Assembly (NCBI RefSeq): GCF_009914755.1
Contig: NC_060933.1
From: the human T2T-CHM13v2.0 reference genome, Homo sapiens
Reading direction: 5' to 3' (one strand)
Length of the DNA: 64,000 bases
This document shows positions 38,720-54,009 of this stretch, one piece after another. The notes beneath the pieces were generated by a model. It saw only the letters and a program-made list of their open reading frames with translations. It searched no databases and was not told the DNA's origin. A program made the translations under genes and the position numbers. The stretch's first letter is position 1, and every line of letters begins with the position of its first letter.

Positions 38720-40070
38720 AATGATCTTGATCCTTATTAAATTTTTCCTTGGTCTTTTGATGTCAAAAATAAATACCATGATTACTGACCTTTCTTTAGG
38801 AATACATTTTTACAGTCATGTATTAATTTTTTGATGTCCTTGATATTTTATTTAATAAATTTAAACTCTTTTAAAAGAGGCACCCTGAAGAGAAATACAT
38901 TTATTATGTTTCTAATGTATTTCTTCTGAAAGCCAAATATGACAGGGTGATTGAATTATTATATTTATGTCTTTCTACTGCCTGAAAACATATTTTCTAG
39001 TAAACATCTTATATTTGCCAGCATAAATATATAAACAACTCAGAGAGTTGTTCCTCTCTGAGACTTGTAGATCTTTGCTCATTGTATTTACAGCCTGTCA
39101 GAGTCCTTCCATTTTGTATTTTTGTAGCTTAATCCCTTTGCCCATCCTAAGTGCAATGTACTATGCACTTGTTATAATTCAGTGGCACCTTCTTAATTTC
39201 TGATCACTTCTTCAAATGGCTAGGATACCTTTCACATTAATCCTATCTTCTAGGGTGCTGCTCACCAACAAATCCCCTGTGAGCATACAAAATGTCTTTC
39301 TTACTTTGTTTTTTAAAATCAAGTAATCTCGGATCTATGGAGGAATAACGAAGAAAACTATTTGAACATGTCATCCATTGTCAGTATTCATCCATGGCCA
39401 GCGACTCTTGGAATGCTATTCTATCATCATTCCACACATAGAAGTCAAGTCCCTGGGAGTTCTGCAGAGACAAAGACTAAAGGCTCGAGCTTTTGGTGTC
39501 CTGCTTTTCTCTCTACACTCTTCCCAGGAGAATCAGTTCTCCTGCACAGCTCTGACTGTGGCTCCATTGTGAATGACTATCCAGATTGCATCTTTTGTTT
39601 CGTCCTCTCAGCTGAGTTTCAACAATAACTTGGACATTTTCACCAGTGAGTTTTGCACCTCCTAAATAACAAGTAAACAGCAAAACTCAGCCGCTTCTTG
39701 AACATGAATCATTCCCTGAGTTTGCCCTTAAAACCTTTGTAAAATACTGCATTTCCATGATTCTGTTTTGGTCATTAATACCACAATCCCCAGTGTCCTG
39801 GAGGTGTACTTAGTTCCCACAGGTAATTAGTTATTATATTTTCTTATTTCTACCTTTCAGATATATTTTGTTTCTACCTTCTTCTGCCAGCATCAACTTG
39901 TCCAGTTCCTACTAGCTTCAAATATGGACTTAAAAAATGACATTTATGTAATGAAAACAATGATGGCCGTGACTACTTCATAGGTTTGAGGATCAAACCA
40001 AATAAAATATATTAAGAGCTATGTAAGCATTAAAATTATTATTATATTATTCTTATTAAATAATACTTTT

Positions 40071-40363
40071 GGCCAGGTGTGGTGGCTTACACCTGTAATC
40101 CCAGCACTTTGGGAAGCTGAGGTGGGCAGATCACTTGAGGTCAGGAGTTTGAGACTAGCCTGGCTAACATGGTGAAACTCGATTCTACTAAATATACAAA
40201 AAAAGTTAGTCGGACGTGGTGGAGTACGCCTGTAATCAGCTACTCAGGAGGCTGAGGTGGGAGGATCCCTTGAACTCAGGGGAGGGAGGTTGTAGTGAGC
40301 TGAGATCTTGCCACTGCACTCCAGCCTAGGTGACAGAGTGAGACTCTGTCAAGAAAAAAAAAA
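40071..40363 (+). mobile_element. Full-length Alu (S/J)
   Basis: Dimeric Alu with A-tail. Confidence 0.96.
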
Positions 40364-43325
40364 CCTTTTTACTTAAAAAGAGAAATGTAAATTAACAAAT
40401 AAACAAAAACATAAAAATTACTAGTATTCCAGATATAGGCAAGGTATGTTTTCAATCAGACATTGGAGTATATCTCAAAACTCAATGTAATAATACTTTA
40501 TAATTTTTTCCCAGCAATATGTTTTAGATCAGTTTTCTGAACATTTTTACATTATGGCACACATTTTTAAAACCAAATAATTTTACGGTACACTTGGGTG
40601 AAAGAAGAGCCTGCTTGCATTTTGAGACATTTGAGTGGGGGACTCTGGCCACACTAGACCCTGACTACCTGCCATGAGGGCAAAGGACATCAAAATTTCA
40701 ATACCTAGCAAAGTTGTTGGGAAGCTCTGTTCTAGACATCTTTCCATGAGTGGTTCTGTAACATACATTTATTGGCTATATAGTATTTAATAGATGTATA
40801 TTGATTTGTTTGGTATCTCCTATTATTGGATACTCAGGTTATTTCAAATTTCTATTAAAATAGTGCATTGACAAATACTAGTGCAATTAAATCTGAAAAT
40901 ACACTTTCTGCTATTTCCTTCAAAGTTAAAGGGCATGAAGCTGGTAAGGGTTTTTGATATACACTGCCCCACTGCTTACCAGAAAGGTGGTCCCTTTTCT
41001 AAATTTCAAGCCCTCTCTAAATTCTGCTTATGGGGTCTGAGGCTGTCCAGATAACCTCAGGATAAGAAATTGCCTCTTGCCACAGACTTGTCAACTTGGA
41101 ACAGGACGCTGGAAGGGGAGTTGCTCTCTAAGTGTTGCTGGAGGGCACAACATAATAAGATATTCAGGTGAATATCTGTGATGTAGGCCTTATATGCAGA
41201 ATTTAGAGAGGACATCCCTAGACTCTTGAATCTTTAGGGAGAGCAGAGATGTAATAAGGTTTCAGAGAGAGGATTTCATGAGCTGTCAGAAGTGCAATTT
41301 TGGGTCCACAGGAAATAATTTTAGGTCTCATTATTCTCACTGGCAAAGAAGGACACATCACATGCCTGGAAGGGAGCAAATAGGCCTGCCTTCAGGTCAT
41401 TGCATCTTGTGACTTAATCTATTTTTAATCAGTTTCACACAAGATCAGGAATCTGAAGATACAAATTTTAGTTCTACCTTTATCACCAAAGAGCTATGTG
41501 ACCTTGGGGAAGTCACTTAAAGCCTCTAAAATTTAGTTTCCCTTCTTGTAAAATTAGGGTTTAAAACTGGAGTTGTTTTGAGGCATGCTCTAGTTTGAAT
41601 ATTTTATAATTAGAAGAAAGCAAAATTTCTTGAAATATGTTCCAGGAGTCCATGAATACAAGGGCTTCATGATCAAATAACTTAGAATTTCTTTGTAATA
41701 TACATCCCTCTTACAAATTCAGAGTACATCAGCATATTAATAGCTTTGAGAAATTCTACAGAAGAGAAAACTCTTGGCTTGGTTAAATTAAAAACACCCA
41801 AACTTATTTGAATACTTTGCAGGTATTTTTTCCCCACCAGATATATATGCATCTCTTTAGATCAATCTTTAGGAAACAATGAAAATAATTATTTGATTAT
41901 CCTAGGTTTGATTAAATTCCTTGACAAAGATATTTGAAAATAAGACATAAACTCAACCAGCAATTGATCTAATACAGAAGGGCAGCTAAGTCTAGATGCA
42001 TGACTGTTCTTTGAGTCAGTCTTGCTGTCTCCCCTCATCTTTGGTTTACAACATTCTCAGTATAGATTATCTTCGGGTAGCCTGTCATTTCATACGCCAT
42101 TCTTCTAAAACTGTAACTCAAGAGAGAGATCCTTTCCAGGAATAAATGAACTTCACTATGCCCCTCCAAGTGCTAGAAAAGTCCCCTAACACAGGGCAAA
42201 GTTCTACCATCCACCACATTAATTGCTGCACACGTTTACCCTGTGTGACCTGGTTTTTTTCTAAGAGCTCAGGATGGAGGGATATTCCAAATAAAGGCTC
42301 TTCTCAGACATCATCGAGGCCCAAGCAAACCCACATCATATTCTTGTTTTAATCCTGTTTCCTTGTGATTAAATTGGGTTTCTAAAGTCTATGTCAATAG
42401 TACTGTCACTTGTATCAGCTGCTTAAAACACACACATGCACATACACGTATGCATACACATACACGTACACATACACACACACACTTCAGGTGGTAGCAG
42501 CAGAATTCATCCTTTTAGGTACAAGGGTAAGTTCCAAGAGAGATCAGGGCAGTAATTCCATCTGATATGCTGCTGTTCTTGTCTCATTTAGAAGGGTTTT
42601 CAATAACTTACATGTACTATAGATGGTTGTTTACTTATTCCTGTTCAGTTTAGAAGCTGAATTAGTCTTAGAGGCTGTACTACACAATATAGCACGTAAT
42701 TATAGTCTGTCTCAAAGCATGAAAAGAAGCAAGCATTTTGGAGGTGAAGGCCTCGGTTGCTAGTTTAGATCCTCCATTTACTAGCTGTGGCCTGTGGCCA
42801 AGATGCATAATTTCCTGGGAGTCCATTTCTTTACCTATAAAATGGGAATCATAATAGTACCTATTCTTCAGTGTTATTTCAAGGATCAAATCAAATGAGA
42901 AAGTGCAAAGGAATACATAAGTCAAAGAATATAGATGAAATAAAACAAGAATTTCAAGAAAAGATGATAAAGCAATAGAACTCAGATTAAAAGGAAGATT
43001 TGACTCAAGGAAACAAATCAAGAAGCAAAGTGACATAATAAAAGAATAATAGCCATCAACCAGGTAGAGAATATATTACGTTCAAATATATGTAACTATT
43101 TTAGAAAATCACTTGGCATTATTGTCAAGTTAAAGATGTACTTATAATTTGGAAATACCACCCCCCAGAAGCATACATTCTAGAAAAAATTTGAACATGT
43201 GTACTAGATAATATATAATATATATAATACTGATAATAATAAAATGTTGAAACAAACTAGAAGTCATTAATAGGGAAATGAATGCATAAATGATACTGTA
43301 TCCATCCTATGAATATTATTTTTAA

Positions 43326-43458
43326 CTTATTTTTTGAAAATTAGAGATGGGGTCTTGTTATGTTGCTCAGGCTAGTCTTGAACTCCTGGCCTCAAATAAT
43401 CCTCTCACCTCAGCCTCCCAAAGTGTTGGGATTACAGGCATGAACCACACACCCTGTC
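43326..43458 (-). mobile_element. FLAM_C-like Alu left monomer inserted in an old L1M
   Basis: TSD ctatgaatattatt / ctatgaatagtatt. Confidence 0.85.
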
Positions 43459-46305
43459 TATGAATAGTATTTAACAGTGATAAAGAAATAACTAAAGGCA
43501 CATGTATTAATATAAATAAATTTCACAAGCAGAATTTTAAGGAGAAGAAAGACAGGTTGCTGAAGAATATATAGTGTGATTTATTTTATAAAAATGGTCA
43601 AACGTATTCAAAAGTAAACTGTATTAATTAGGGTATAATTTTTTAAAACTCTTATGCTAAAGATAAAACTTAAGATGTTAGTAACTTTGGGGAATAAACA
43701 GAGGAGCATGGAATCTAGGAGAGGTATTCATATATAGGAATTTTAATATATAGTAATATTATTCTAGTTCTTAGGCTGGGTTGTAGAGATATGGGAGTTC
43801 ATTTAGTTATTACTCTTTGTTCCTTATATTTAGACTCACTTCCTCTGTGTATGTATGAATACTTGAAAATTTTAAACTATGCTGTTAGTAGAAAAGTTTG
43901 AGATAATCATAAGGAGTGCAGATTTTAAAAAAGCAAACTGATTTCTGTAACAAGAAATTAACAGACAACATGTAGATTAAAATGAGGTAGCATAAAGTTA
44001 ATGTCTCAGAATGACAGAAAAATAGAATAGAAAAATAACTTGATATATTAAAAGAAAGTTTTATTAAAATAAAAAAGCGATTTGCTGATAGACAAAATAC
44101 ATAAGGGCCATAAGAACATTTCCTACAGTAATGTTCCTATGCATTATGAAAATATATTCTGCTAAAGATTTTGGGTTTAAAGAATAAAGAATTAATTCCT
44201 TGAGCACCCAGGCAGAAAAATAAATCACCTAAAAACTGAAAGAAAATCAGGCTGTCATTAGCCTCTTCTATGAAGGCAATAAAACAACGTTTACAATATT
44301 TAGAAAAAACAAAAGTGTGGCCAAAAGATTAAATCCAGAGAAGGTGTTATTCACCTATAAAGATAATAAATGGACATTGTCAACATGAAAGAACTCAGGA
44401 CATGTAGCACACATGAGACCTCCTTGAAAAAATGCTGAACCAAAGTGGCAACAAAATCTACATAAATAAGAGATGAATCTAAAGAAATTAGTAATAAAGA
44501 AGCTATAATTTAAAAACCAATGGTTATAAATTAACCTATCAAATTATAGAACAAATACTAAACAATTACATGGAGTTTTGTTATATTTGGTCATATTTCA
44601 ATGGGAATTACCTTACACTTTGACAATATAAAAATGATATATAGCTAACAAAAGGGAGAGGAGGAAGGGAAATATATGAGAGTGTTCATGACTTCATCTC
44701 TTTCATAGAAAATAACATTTTTATCATAAAGTAGAAAAAATAATTCAAATTCCCTAATGTTTTCCATAACTTTAGAGGAATCCTTTAGAAAGTGATTTCT
44801 TTTATGGTGAAGAAGCATTTGTTTAAAGTTTAGCAATTTCTCTTCTTTTATCTCAGTTTCTTTTCCTTCTGTTAAATTTCCTACAAGTACTTTTCTCTAT
44901 CTGTTCTTCTCTATATTTGCATTAGAAATGTCTGCAGTGCTGTTCACCAATATTAATAATGATTATTATGGTTGGTTTACATTTTTTGTTCTTTATTAAA
45001 TTTCTGAATTGCTTACTTTCTTTATAATAAGATATTATTTTATGAAAATAGCAAATTTATTTTTCTTTAAAAAATATTAGTAAAAGCAGAGGTCTAAGCA
45101 AATGTATCTACCTCCTCTCTTTTCTTATATTGCCCAGCAATGTAGGAAATGTTATAAATCAGAAGAAAACCTTAATATGCATGTATATTTAAAAAGCTAG
45201 CATAGGAGGAGAAATTTTGAGGGAACTCTAAAAGACAGAAAGCAGACTGAATTGGATTGATGGAAAAAACCAGAACATATTATTCTGAACTCCTAAATAT
45301 CAGAGCTAAGAAAGATTCCCTGTAAAGGAGTTTGGGAGTAAAATGGAAATTTTGAATCATCAAATTCCAGGAGCAGAAGAAACCCCCAGGACTATCATTG
45401 GAGCTGGCATGTTCCAGTTCCCTCACCTTGGGTCTTTGGAGTATGTGAGGCTGATATCACTGGGTTTTGTCCCCTGGCTAAAGCTCTTGGCACTGTTTTT
45501 TTGATGAAATGCCTTAGAAGAGATCTTAGGATACTGAAGCCAGAAACGTTAACAGAGTAGAGCTTGGGGTAACTTTAGAGTCTAGTTTCAGACTCTGAGA
45601 GAAGAAAACTATCAAACAGCACCACCTAAAGTTTCAGTCCTGTGAACAAAACTCTTATTTGGTGAATTGTCAAAGCTTAAGGCTAAGACACTAATAGAGA
45701 AGGTAAATTTGAGAAAATCTGAGAATGTAGCAACCAAAACCGTAAAAGAAACAGTCAAGTTGACATGTACATAATAGATAAATAAATAATATTAAACAAT
45801 TCCCAGAAATCAAGAAAGATACTCGTCTTTAGATGGAAAGGGCCCACTAAATATGAAGCAGAGAGGATAAATTTCCTTAGTCCACATCTAAATACATCAC
45901 GGCAAAACTGGACAACCCTAGAGATAAAGAGAAAAGTCCTTAAATCTTACATGGTTAAAAAAAAGTTACACTAAGCTTTGGGTGAACTAAAATCACACTA
46001 ATCCCAGAAATCTCATCAGCATCTCAGGATATTAGCAGATAATGAAGCAACTTCTGAAGGAAAACGATTTTGAGGCTTGAATTCTATACCCAGTCAAAAA
46101 CTTGTAAATCATAAGGGAATATAAAACATTTTCACACATGAAAAACCTCAAAGATTTTAAAATCATATAAGACAAATGACAACATACAAGGAAAAATATA
46201 AGGAAAAGAGAAATATAAAAGAAACAGTGGCAACCAGACTATGAAGGGAAAGAAGGGACGCAATCTGACAGGGAAAAGTTTTATCTGTTTTTGATATATA
46301 GAACG

Positions 46306-46732
<427 letters not shown>

Positions 46733-47727
46733 TAGGGGCTTAGATTTTCAGAAGCAATCTATAGACAAAGCATCAAAGACAGTGATGTATTCCATATCTT
46801 GACAACCTAGAAATAATATAACCAAACAAAATTGGGAGTCACACCAGAAGAGGGAAGTTTCTCTTTTGGGAGTCAACAATATATCCAAAGTTGGTAATTC
46901 AGAAAACAGAAATACATACATTATGACATAAAGTCATAGTAATCAATGGAAGAACTAAAAAGACATAAGCTCAGAATGGTTAACGCTGGAGAATGTGGAC
47001 AGGCAGGAGTGGGGTAGGTGGGGGACGATTTATTTTTAAATTTTAGACCTTCCTATGTTGTTTGATTCTCTTCCCCATGTACGGGTGTTTACTTTCACTT
47101 AAAAGAAAAAAGTCAGAAGCTCCCCAAACAACAGAATACCTAACCAATCCTTTTATTCTCTCCTTTCAAATCCCACTCCTTAATAGGCAATTCTGAACAT
47201 CTGCTTGAACATTTATAAAAAGCAACATTAACTTTACTGTCAAAAAAACTCAACAGCTTTATTTTAGTTAAACAGAATGCTTAAGCTGAAGCTCTTTCCT
47301 AACTAACTGTTCCGACGTTGTCATTTTATAAATCAGGAAACTGAGTCCTAGAGAGGTCAGTGTTCAAAACAAGGAAATACTATAGGCAGTGGCAGACTTG
47401 AAGGAAAGTGACTATCATCAGTGTTTACATCAGTTGAGCTCATGACTATTAACTGGCAACAGTAACATTATGGCTTGGCTCCTTTCTGAGAAAGGTCGAA
47501 GGAAGAAATAGATGTGGTCGTGGTCGCTGTCTCTCTCTTTCCTTTCTCTCCCTCAGTGTACACCTGCCTCCTGCCTGGAATTCAGGGGAATTGCTCAGCA
47601 CTGCGCAAGATGCCTCTTGGCCCACTGGTTCTTAATTATCAGTGTGCAGAAGGCAGAGCCCTCCGAAATCTGCTGCCAAGAAAGAGTAAATGAATCCCTG
47701 GAGGAAGCAGCCTGAGATCTGACTGTA

Positions 47728-47759
<32 letters not shown>

Positions 47760-48270
47760 AACCTTTGCAAATGAGAATTAGTAGGCAGGGCAATGAGGAC
47801 AACACACAGACAGAGGATGACAGATGAGAGAGTGGAAGGGAGGGGAAGAGAGGCAAAGACAGAAACATCCTTCCCTGTTTGTCTTTGAGCCGATTTAAGG
47901 GCAGAATTTGAGGAGTCCAGAAGGCTTCCCTGTACTGAGCAAGTTGATGCCTCTTTATCACTGCAGAAACTCTAAAGGTGACAGAAGGAAGTCATGTGAA
48001 GCTTTTAAGAGGGAAATGCTGCCAAACCCATAGTTTGGCTGTCAGCAAAAAACCACACTGGCAATTTTAATGCAATAGTGTTTTTCCTCTGATGATGCTA
48101 CAAACTGCTCAACAATTGGGGAAGAACAAGGAGGCAGACAAGCTGTCCAGGCTTGGAAAGGATGTTTTGAACAAGTTATAATGTAAGACCTAAAAAATAC
48201 ATAATGTGCATAGAAGCAATTCACAGGGTTGGGTGGAGTGCACATTTGTAGGTTATATTGGACAGCATAT

Positions 48271-48284
48271 TTGCCCTCTACTGG
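48271..48284 (-). promoter_or_regulatory. Candidate CTCF site
   Basis: Minus strand reads CCAGTAGAGGGCAA, close to the CTCF core CCASYAGRKGGCRS. Confidence 0.45.
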
Positions 48285-49126
48285 AAGGTAAGTTTTCCCC
48301 TGTATACGGTAAGTATCTGACAGCAGGAACCATGCCTACTTTGTCCATCTAGCAGAGTCTCTGGCACATTGAAGGCATCCAACATACATTTGCTAATTAC
48401 TTCACGAAAGATGACATGACAGCCACTGGAATCCAATTTTCCATCTTAGTTTGGAAAGTTATTACCAACACACTAGGACAGTTCAAAGAGAAAAGATCAT
48501 TCTTTGACCTTCCCTCTCTCTCTGCTGGACATCTAGTAGTGAATAAATTGGAGGGTAGGTAGGAAAAAGGAATCTCTGAGATATTCTTTACATCCCCCTA
48601 AACACTGGTATATCAGGCAATGGGGAGAAGATAATCTAGGTTCACTAGAAAAACTTTTAAATTATGAAAAACTTTGAACTAGACAAAAAGTTACTGAGTG
48701 TCCTTTCTAGCACACCTTTCCAGGTTATTTTTTATCTTTTGGTTCCTTCACTCTGTATGTAAAACAGATAATAGAAAGTCATTCTCATCCTTAGAAATGG
48801 AAAGAAATTGTGCCTGGTGGAATGCAATTGATTATTGCCCAATGAATAGACCAGTCTTGTATCTATTTGAAAATTCTTCCCAGCATTCCTCATTGCCTAT
48901 ATATCTGCATTTCATTGAATTCTCTTTTGAACATGTTTGACATCCTATTGGTTCACTCAGTTAATTAAAATATTTGACACATGTTAATTTTATGTTTGTA
49001 TAAGTCATCATTTTACCTTTTAAAAATTAACTTTTAGCATTTTAATATACAATTTTTCATTTTAGTTCAGGGATTTAATTTATTCTGTTACCTCTTTATA
49101 ACTCTTTTTTTCTTCCTTTTCCCTTT

Positions 49127-49148
49127 TGTGTGTGTGTGTGTGTGTGTG
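49127..49148. repeat. (TG)11 microsatellite, followed by a MIR (about 49150-49400)
   Basis: Perfect run; MIR core cctcagttcccatatatgtaaaatagg. Confidence 0.9.
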
Positions 49149-50178
49149 TATAGCACAGTGCAGTGGTAGAGCACTTGCTTCTAAGACGAAAGAACCTGAG
49201 TTCAAGTCTCTACTTTCACACTTCCTAGTAATCTTGGTCAAGTTAATTAACCACAGAGCCTCAGTTCCCATATATGTAAAATAGGAATAGTGCTAGTACC
49301 TACTTTATGGCTTGACCTGAGGCTTTAATGAAATAATGCATGCAAAACGATTACGCATTTTTTGTCAAATAGTAAGCACACAATAGATATGAGCTATTAC
49401 TCCTTCTTTTTTCCTATGGTAGGCGAGCCAGGTTATTAGTGATCGGTTCCCAGCAGAAACGGGAGTGTGGACGTAGACTGTTGGTCAAGCCACTGGCAGC
49501 AATTCTCCTTGACCATAGGTTCTCCTTTGTACACTTTACCCAGAGTCCAAAATAATTTATACCTTGTGTGGCAGCTGCTACTAGTTGCCCATCCAACACC
49601 TATTCTTGCCTTTTATCTTATTAATAAAATGCCTATATTACTGGGGGCAAAAATGCACTAACTAAAATATTACATTCCTAGTCTCCTCTGCAGCTATCTA
49701 TTTAGTCAGTTCTGGCCTTCAAGATAGCATACATTGTTGGGAAGGGCTTCCAGGAAGGTTACTTAAAAGGAGGAAAAAAAGCTAAGGGAAGACATTTTTG
49801 GGTCCTCCCTTTCTTTATCCTATTTTCCAGAACATGAATTCGTTGACTGAAGTTCCAAGAGCCATCTTGAACCTTGAGGTGACTGACCTTCAGATAAGCC
49901 ATATACCGTACACCAGGAAAACATAACAGGAAGCTGGGGCTCTATGAATTTTGTGGGGCTGCCACATTGCCTTAGGCTCCCTCCTACAGATTTCTTTTGC
50001 AAGAGATAAAAAAAAAAGTCCTTGTGCATTTAAGCCAGTGTTAATTTGGGTTTTCTGTTAGATACAGCTGAACCAATGGACAGATGCTGGGTGTCTTATT
50101 TAACCAAAGGAGCCTCTTACCCATGGTAGGTAGTCATAACAGAACCATATGGTCTGAGAACTCAGAACTCAGACCGAC

Positions 50179-50480
50179 TTTTTTTTTTTTTTTTGGAGAC
50201 ACGGACTCACGCTATCACCCAGGCTGGAGTGCAGTGGCACAGTCACAGCTCACTGCAGCCTTGACCTCCTGGGGCTCAAGCCATCTTCCTGCCTCAGCCT
50301 CCCAAGTGGCTGGGATTACAGGCACACACCGCTACACCAGGCTAATTTGTGTATTTTTTGTAGAGATGGGGTCTTGCCATGTTGCCTGGACTGGTCTCAA
50401 ACTCCTGTACTCAAGCAATCTTCCTGCCTTGGCCTCCCAAAGTTTTTGGGATTACAGGTGTGAGCCCCCACGCATGCCCC
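50179..50480 (-). mobile_element. AluJ
   Basis: T-tract; cagctcactgcagccttgacctcctggggctcaag diagnostic of J. Confidence 0.95.
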
Positions 50481-53400
50481 AATTTCTACCCTTTTGCCAT
50501 CTGTAGCTGTGTTACCTTAGGGCTTCAAGAGAACGTGCAGTGCTAGAGAACTTTGTCTTAAAGAGTGGAGAGTCTCTTCTACCTACAGCCCCCTTTGACA
50601 CAAATGTGTAAATTTCCCCACTGGAGATTTTTTTCCACCCAAGAGCAATTTTCAAGGGGTAGAGGACTGTGAGTAACCAGTATAACTATGGAGTTTAGAG
50701 AAATGCTAAATATTAATACATAAAAAAATTTCTGATTTGCCTCCTCTGGGCAGCTAAATCAGTATGTAATTATATAACTAGAGTTATAGTTAGGTTATGT
50801 GATTTTACAGTTATATGATATTTTAGTGGCTTTGCTTTGGATAAAATCAATAATATTAGAGTTTAGTTACATAATTATAGTTGGTAGATTTGCTTTTGGT
50901 TAAAAATCAATGATAATATTAGACTTTTACCTTTCACAAAATGTGTTCCCTTAATTATCTCATGTCTACCCCATGACACTATGGGAGATGCGTTATTATT
51001 ATCTTCATTTTTTAGATAGGAAAACTGAAATTCAAATCAATTCTATTAAGGTTACTCAGTTTCTTTATAGCAATGAGTCACTTTACAAAGCTCTTGACTC
51101 AACTGGGTTTTTTTTATAGCTAATGTGAATATAAAATTTTTACCAAAGGACTAGTTGAAGTTGGAGTTTTGATAATATAAATGACTGCTAAATTTTATGT
51201 TTGACCCTGCTAGTTTCAAACTTTTATACAAATAATAAAGTACTGGTGATAGGACCAAACAAAATGAGGAGCTTTGTTGGAAAAAAAAAAAAAACTGTAT
51301 GTCTATGAAACAATTCTGACAAAGCAATATTTTGACAATTTAAATATGAAGAAATTGGGATTATCTGGATTTTATTTTCCATCAAATGTTATGTAAGTAT
51401 AAAAACTGTCTTTGGTTTTTATCAAACCTCACATGTTTCATCTTCTTAAGTGATTTCTCCTCAAATGTACAATTCAGCTAATTAGCCCATCCCTGGCTTT
51501 AATGGCCACCAGTGACACGAATATCTAGAAGTCCAATCTGCAACCAGTTCTATGAAGCGTTGAGGAGGCCACAGCTAAATAAATGGAATTGCTCCTCCAC
51601 AGTAAGGGCTGATAAAATGCATATACCACAAAAACATAACTAAGGCATTCTGAATTTTCTTTTCTCTAGGCCCTTCTTAAGAAAAAGAGTACCTAGTATA
51701 AGAAAGCTGCTCATGAAAAAATCATTTTTCTGAAAGGTCAAGCAAGTAGTGCTATGAATGGTTGGAAATATTCACGGTAAGAGAAAACCCACCTAAGGAA
51801 GCGTTAACTCACGTGGAACTCCATTATGAAGTAAATACCGTTAGGATTAATAGAATAAACACACTACGGCAGCAAGGCTCTAATAAGAAACTAGGTCTGA
51901 ATGAAAATACACTTACTACAAGTCTCAAAAATCATGGGCTTTTAGAATCTGGATCTTGGTATGTGTCCGTCCTCCTTCTCCACGCCACCCCACTTGTGTT
52001 ACAGGGATTGTTCAGCAAGACTGGAGGTTTCAGAATTTCCTCCACATCCACATCCCCTCTTGCTTCAGAGAAATATTTGGTGATGATTTGGGTAGGGTGA
52101 CCCAGATCACTGCACCCTTACAAAGCATCTTTCTTCCAAGATAATCAAAACACATTGTCTTGGGTAAGTGTGCCAAAGATCATTTCATCCCTAGCCAGTT
52201 AGTCCCTTAACTGACTTGTTACCACCTCAAAGCATTTAAACAAGATCTGTACTTGAAAAGTGAGCAGCTGATGTATTTCTGACAGTCCCTTCTTCTGTTT
52301 CAGTCAGTTATCAGTGACCTTAGCCTTCCGGCTAGGATGCCTTAAGTTAAAGGGAAGGTCCAGGCATGCTTTTCACTTTTTATATTTCCTTCTATCAGTT
52401 TCTGTTTCATGCCAAGACCTCACAAAAAACACACATGCATAATGATGATGAATAGTCCTCTATCTTTCATGTAGAAATGCTTCTTTCCTGAGTCATTAAG
52501 ACAATTTCTCAGAATTAAGAAATAGGGTTGACCCCACCTGTCCTTTGTTTCATTTACTTGTAAAGCAAGATCAGAGTCTCATTCAAACCTAGAGTTCAGT
52601 TTGAGACAATAAAATATAGAAAACACAGGTATTGGTACTGAGCTTCAACAGAGTAATTAAGTGGTGGGCTGTCAGAAACTAGAGTAAAAGTATTTACCCT
52701 GGAGCCAGAAGACCGAGAATCTATAGGTTTGCACAATGTTATAGAGGAAGTAAAAGCAGAGGCAGGACCTCAAAGATTGCAGTCATAGTTCAACAATCGC
52801 ATTGTACAAAAAGGAAAACTGACACCTAGAGAAGTGATACATCTTATTGATTTCAAGAAACCAATGAGCAATCCGATCAAGGCTAGAAGCCAAACCCACT
52901 GTGCCCCGTGCAGCTATTTTCTCATTCCACTACTTGGACCTCCCCTATTTTTGGAACAAGAGGAGTTGCCGAATCAGGAACCAGACTGTGTCTCACATAT
53001 TTGGGGAATGAACAATTGCACATCGTTTCCTTGCTCTTGCTTTAGGTAGCTTGATTCAACCACCTTTTCCATCATTAGGTACTATTCAGACCAGCTGAGG
53101 AATTCTCCTGCTGATTTGTTAGTCTCTACTGGGCTACGTTCCATGTAATTTTCAAGCAAAGGGGAGAAAAGATTTCCATCAGCTAGAAAGCTGTGTGAAG
53201 TGCAGAGGTTAAAACAACATCTCCCCTGAATAATGCATTTAAAAAGTCACCCAAAGCATGTTATTCAATCTGGCACCCAGATTTAAAGATTGCCAGATGG
53301 CCCACCCAGGCCTCTGAGGAAGAAATATCACATTGCTCTTCCCTTCTTTATCCTGCCTTGCACTGATAATATCACAATTGAGAAAGCACCACATAACTGC

Positions 53401-54009
53401 CGCATTCAGTTATGCCAATAACTAAAGGTAAGATGCTCAAGCTGAATTATCTCTCTATACCTGAAGACAAAACAGCATTTGTGTATGCAGTACCAAAATC
53501 CCTACACATTTTTAAGAAAGCAAGGAAACCTCAGGGAGAGACCAAGAAAGAGGAGCAGTTTCAAATTCCTCCTAGGGGAAGGCTTTGAGATCTAACTATA
53601 TAAATGGGATGACAAAGCCTAATATACCGAATATACTGTCTCATACATGCAGACAGACTTTCAGTTCCTGCCCCAGTATCACTCTGAACTATCTCTGCCT
53701 TACATTTAATCAAAGATTGTGTATCAGGCACAAAGTGCTCTGCTATGTGTTGTACTATATGTGATGCAATACCGTTGTACGTAGGACTAAGCATAGTCTC
53801 TACCTGTGATAGGTTAGTGGAATAGACAGACATATACACACCAGAAATAACAGCTAATGCCAAGTAGGGCTTACTTGTGCCTTGTACTGTCTTAAGTGCT
53901 TTATATATATTAATTCACTTAATTGCTCAACAACCTCATAAGGTAGGATATATTATTATTCTATTTTACTAATATGGGAACTGAAACTAGGCAGTGTGTC
54001 AAAGGTCAC

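Noticed and set aside
47592-47613. RE1/REST-like ctcagcac... motif
   Set aside because: Right half lacks the GGACAG core
48262-48286. Minus-strand ...CCAGTAGAGGGCAAATATGCTG resembling an AS...YAE exon end
   Set aside because: Out of frame, with no donor and no upstream homology
52030-52056. Minus-strand GATGTGGATGTGGAGGAAATTCTG resembling the missing DVGCGSGIL exon
   Set aside because: Needs several indels, the downstream sequence does not match SFFA.QAGA, and there are no suitable splice sites
53267-53414. Short 7-8 bp hairpins (aatctgg/ccagatt; cataactg/cagttatg)
   Set aside because: Stems of this length are expected by chance in 64 kb
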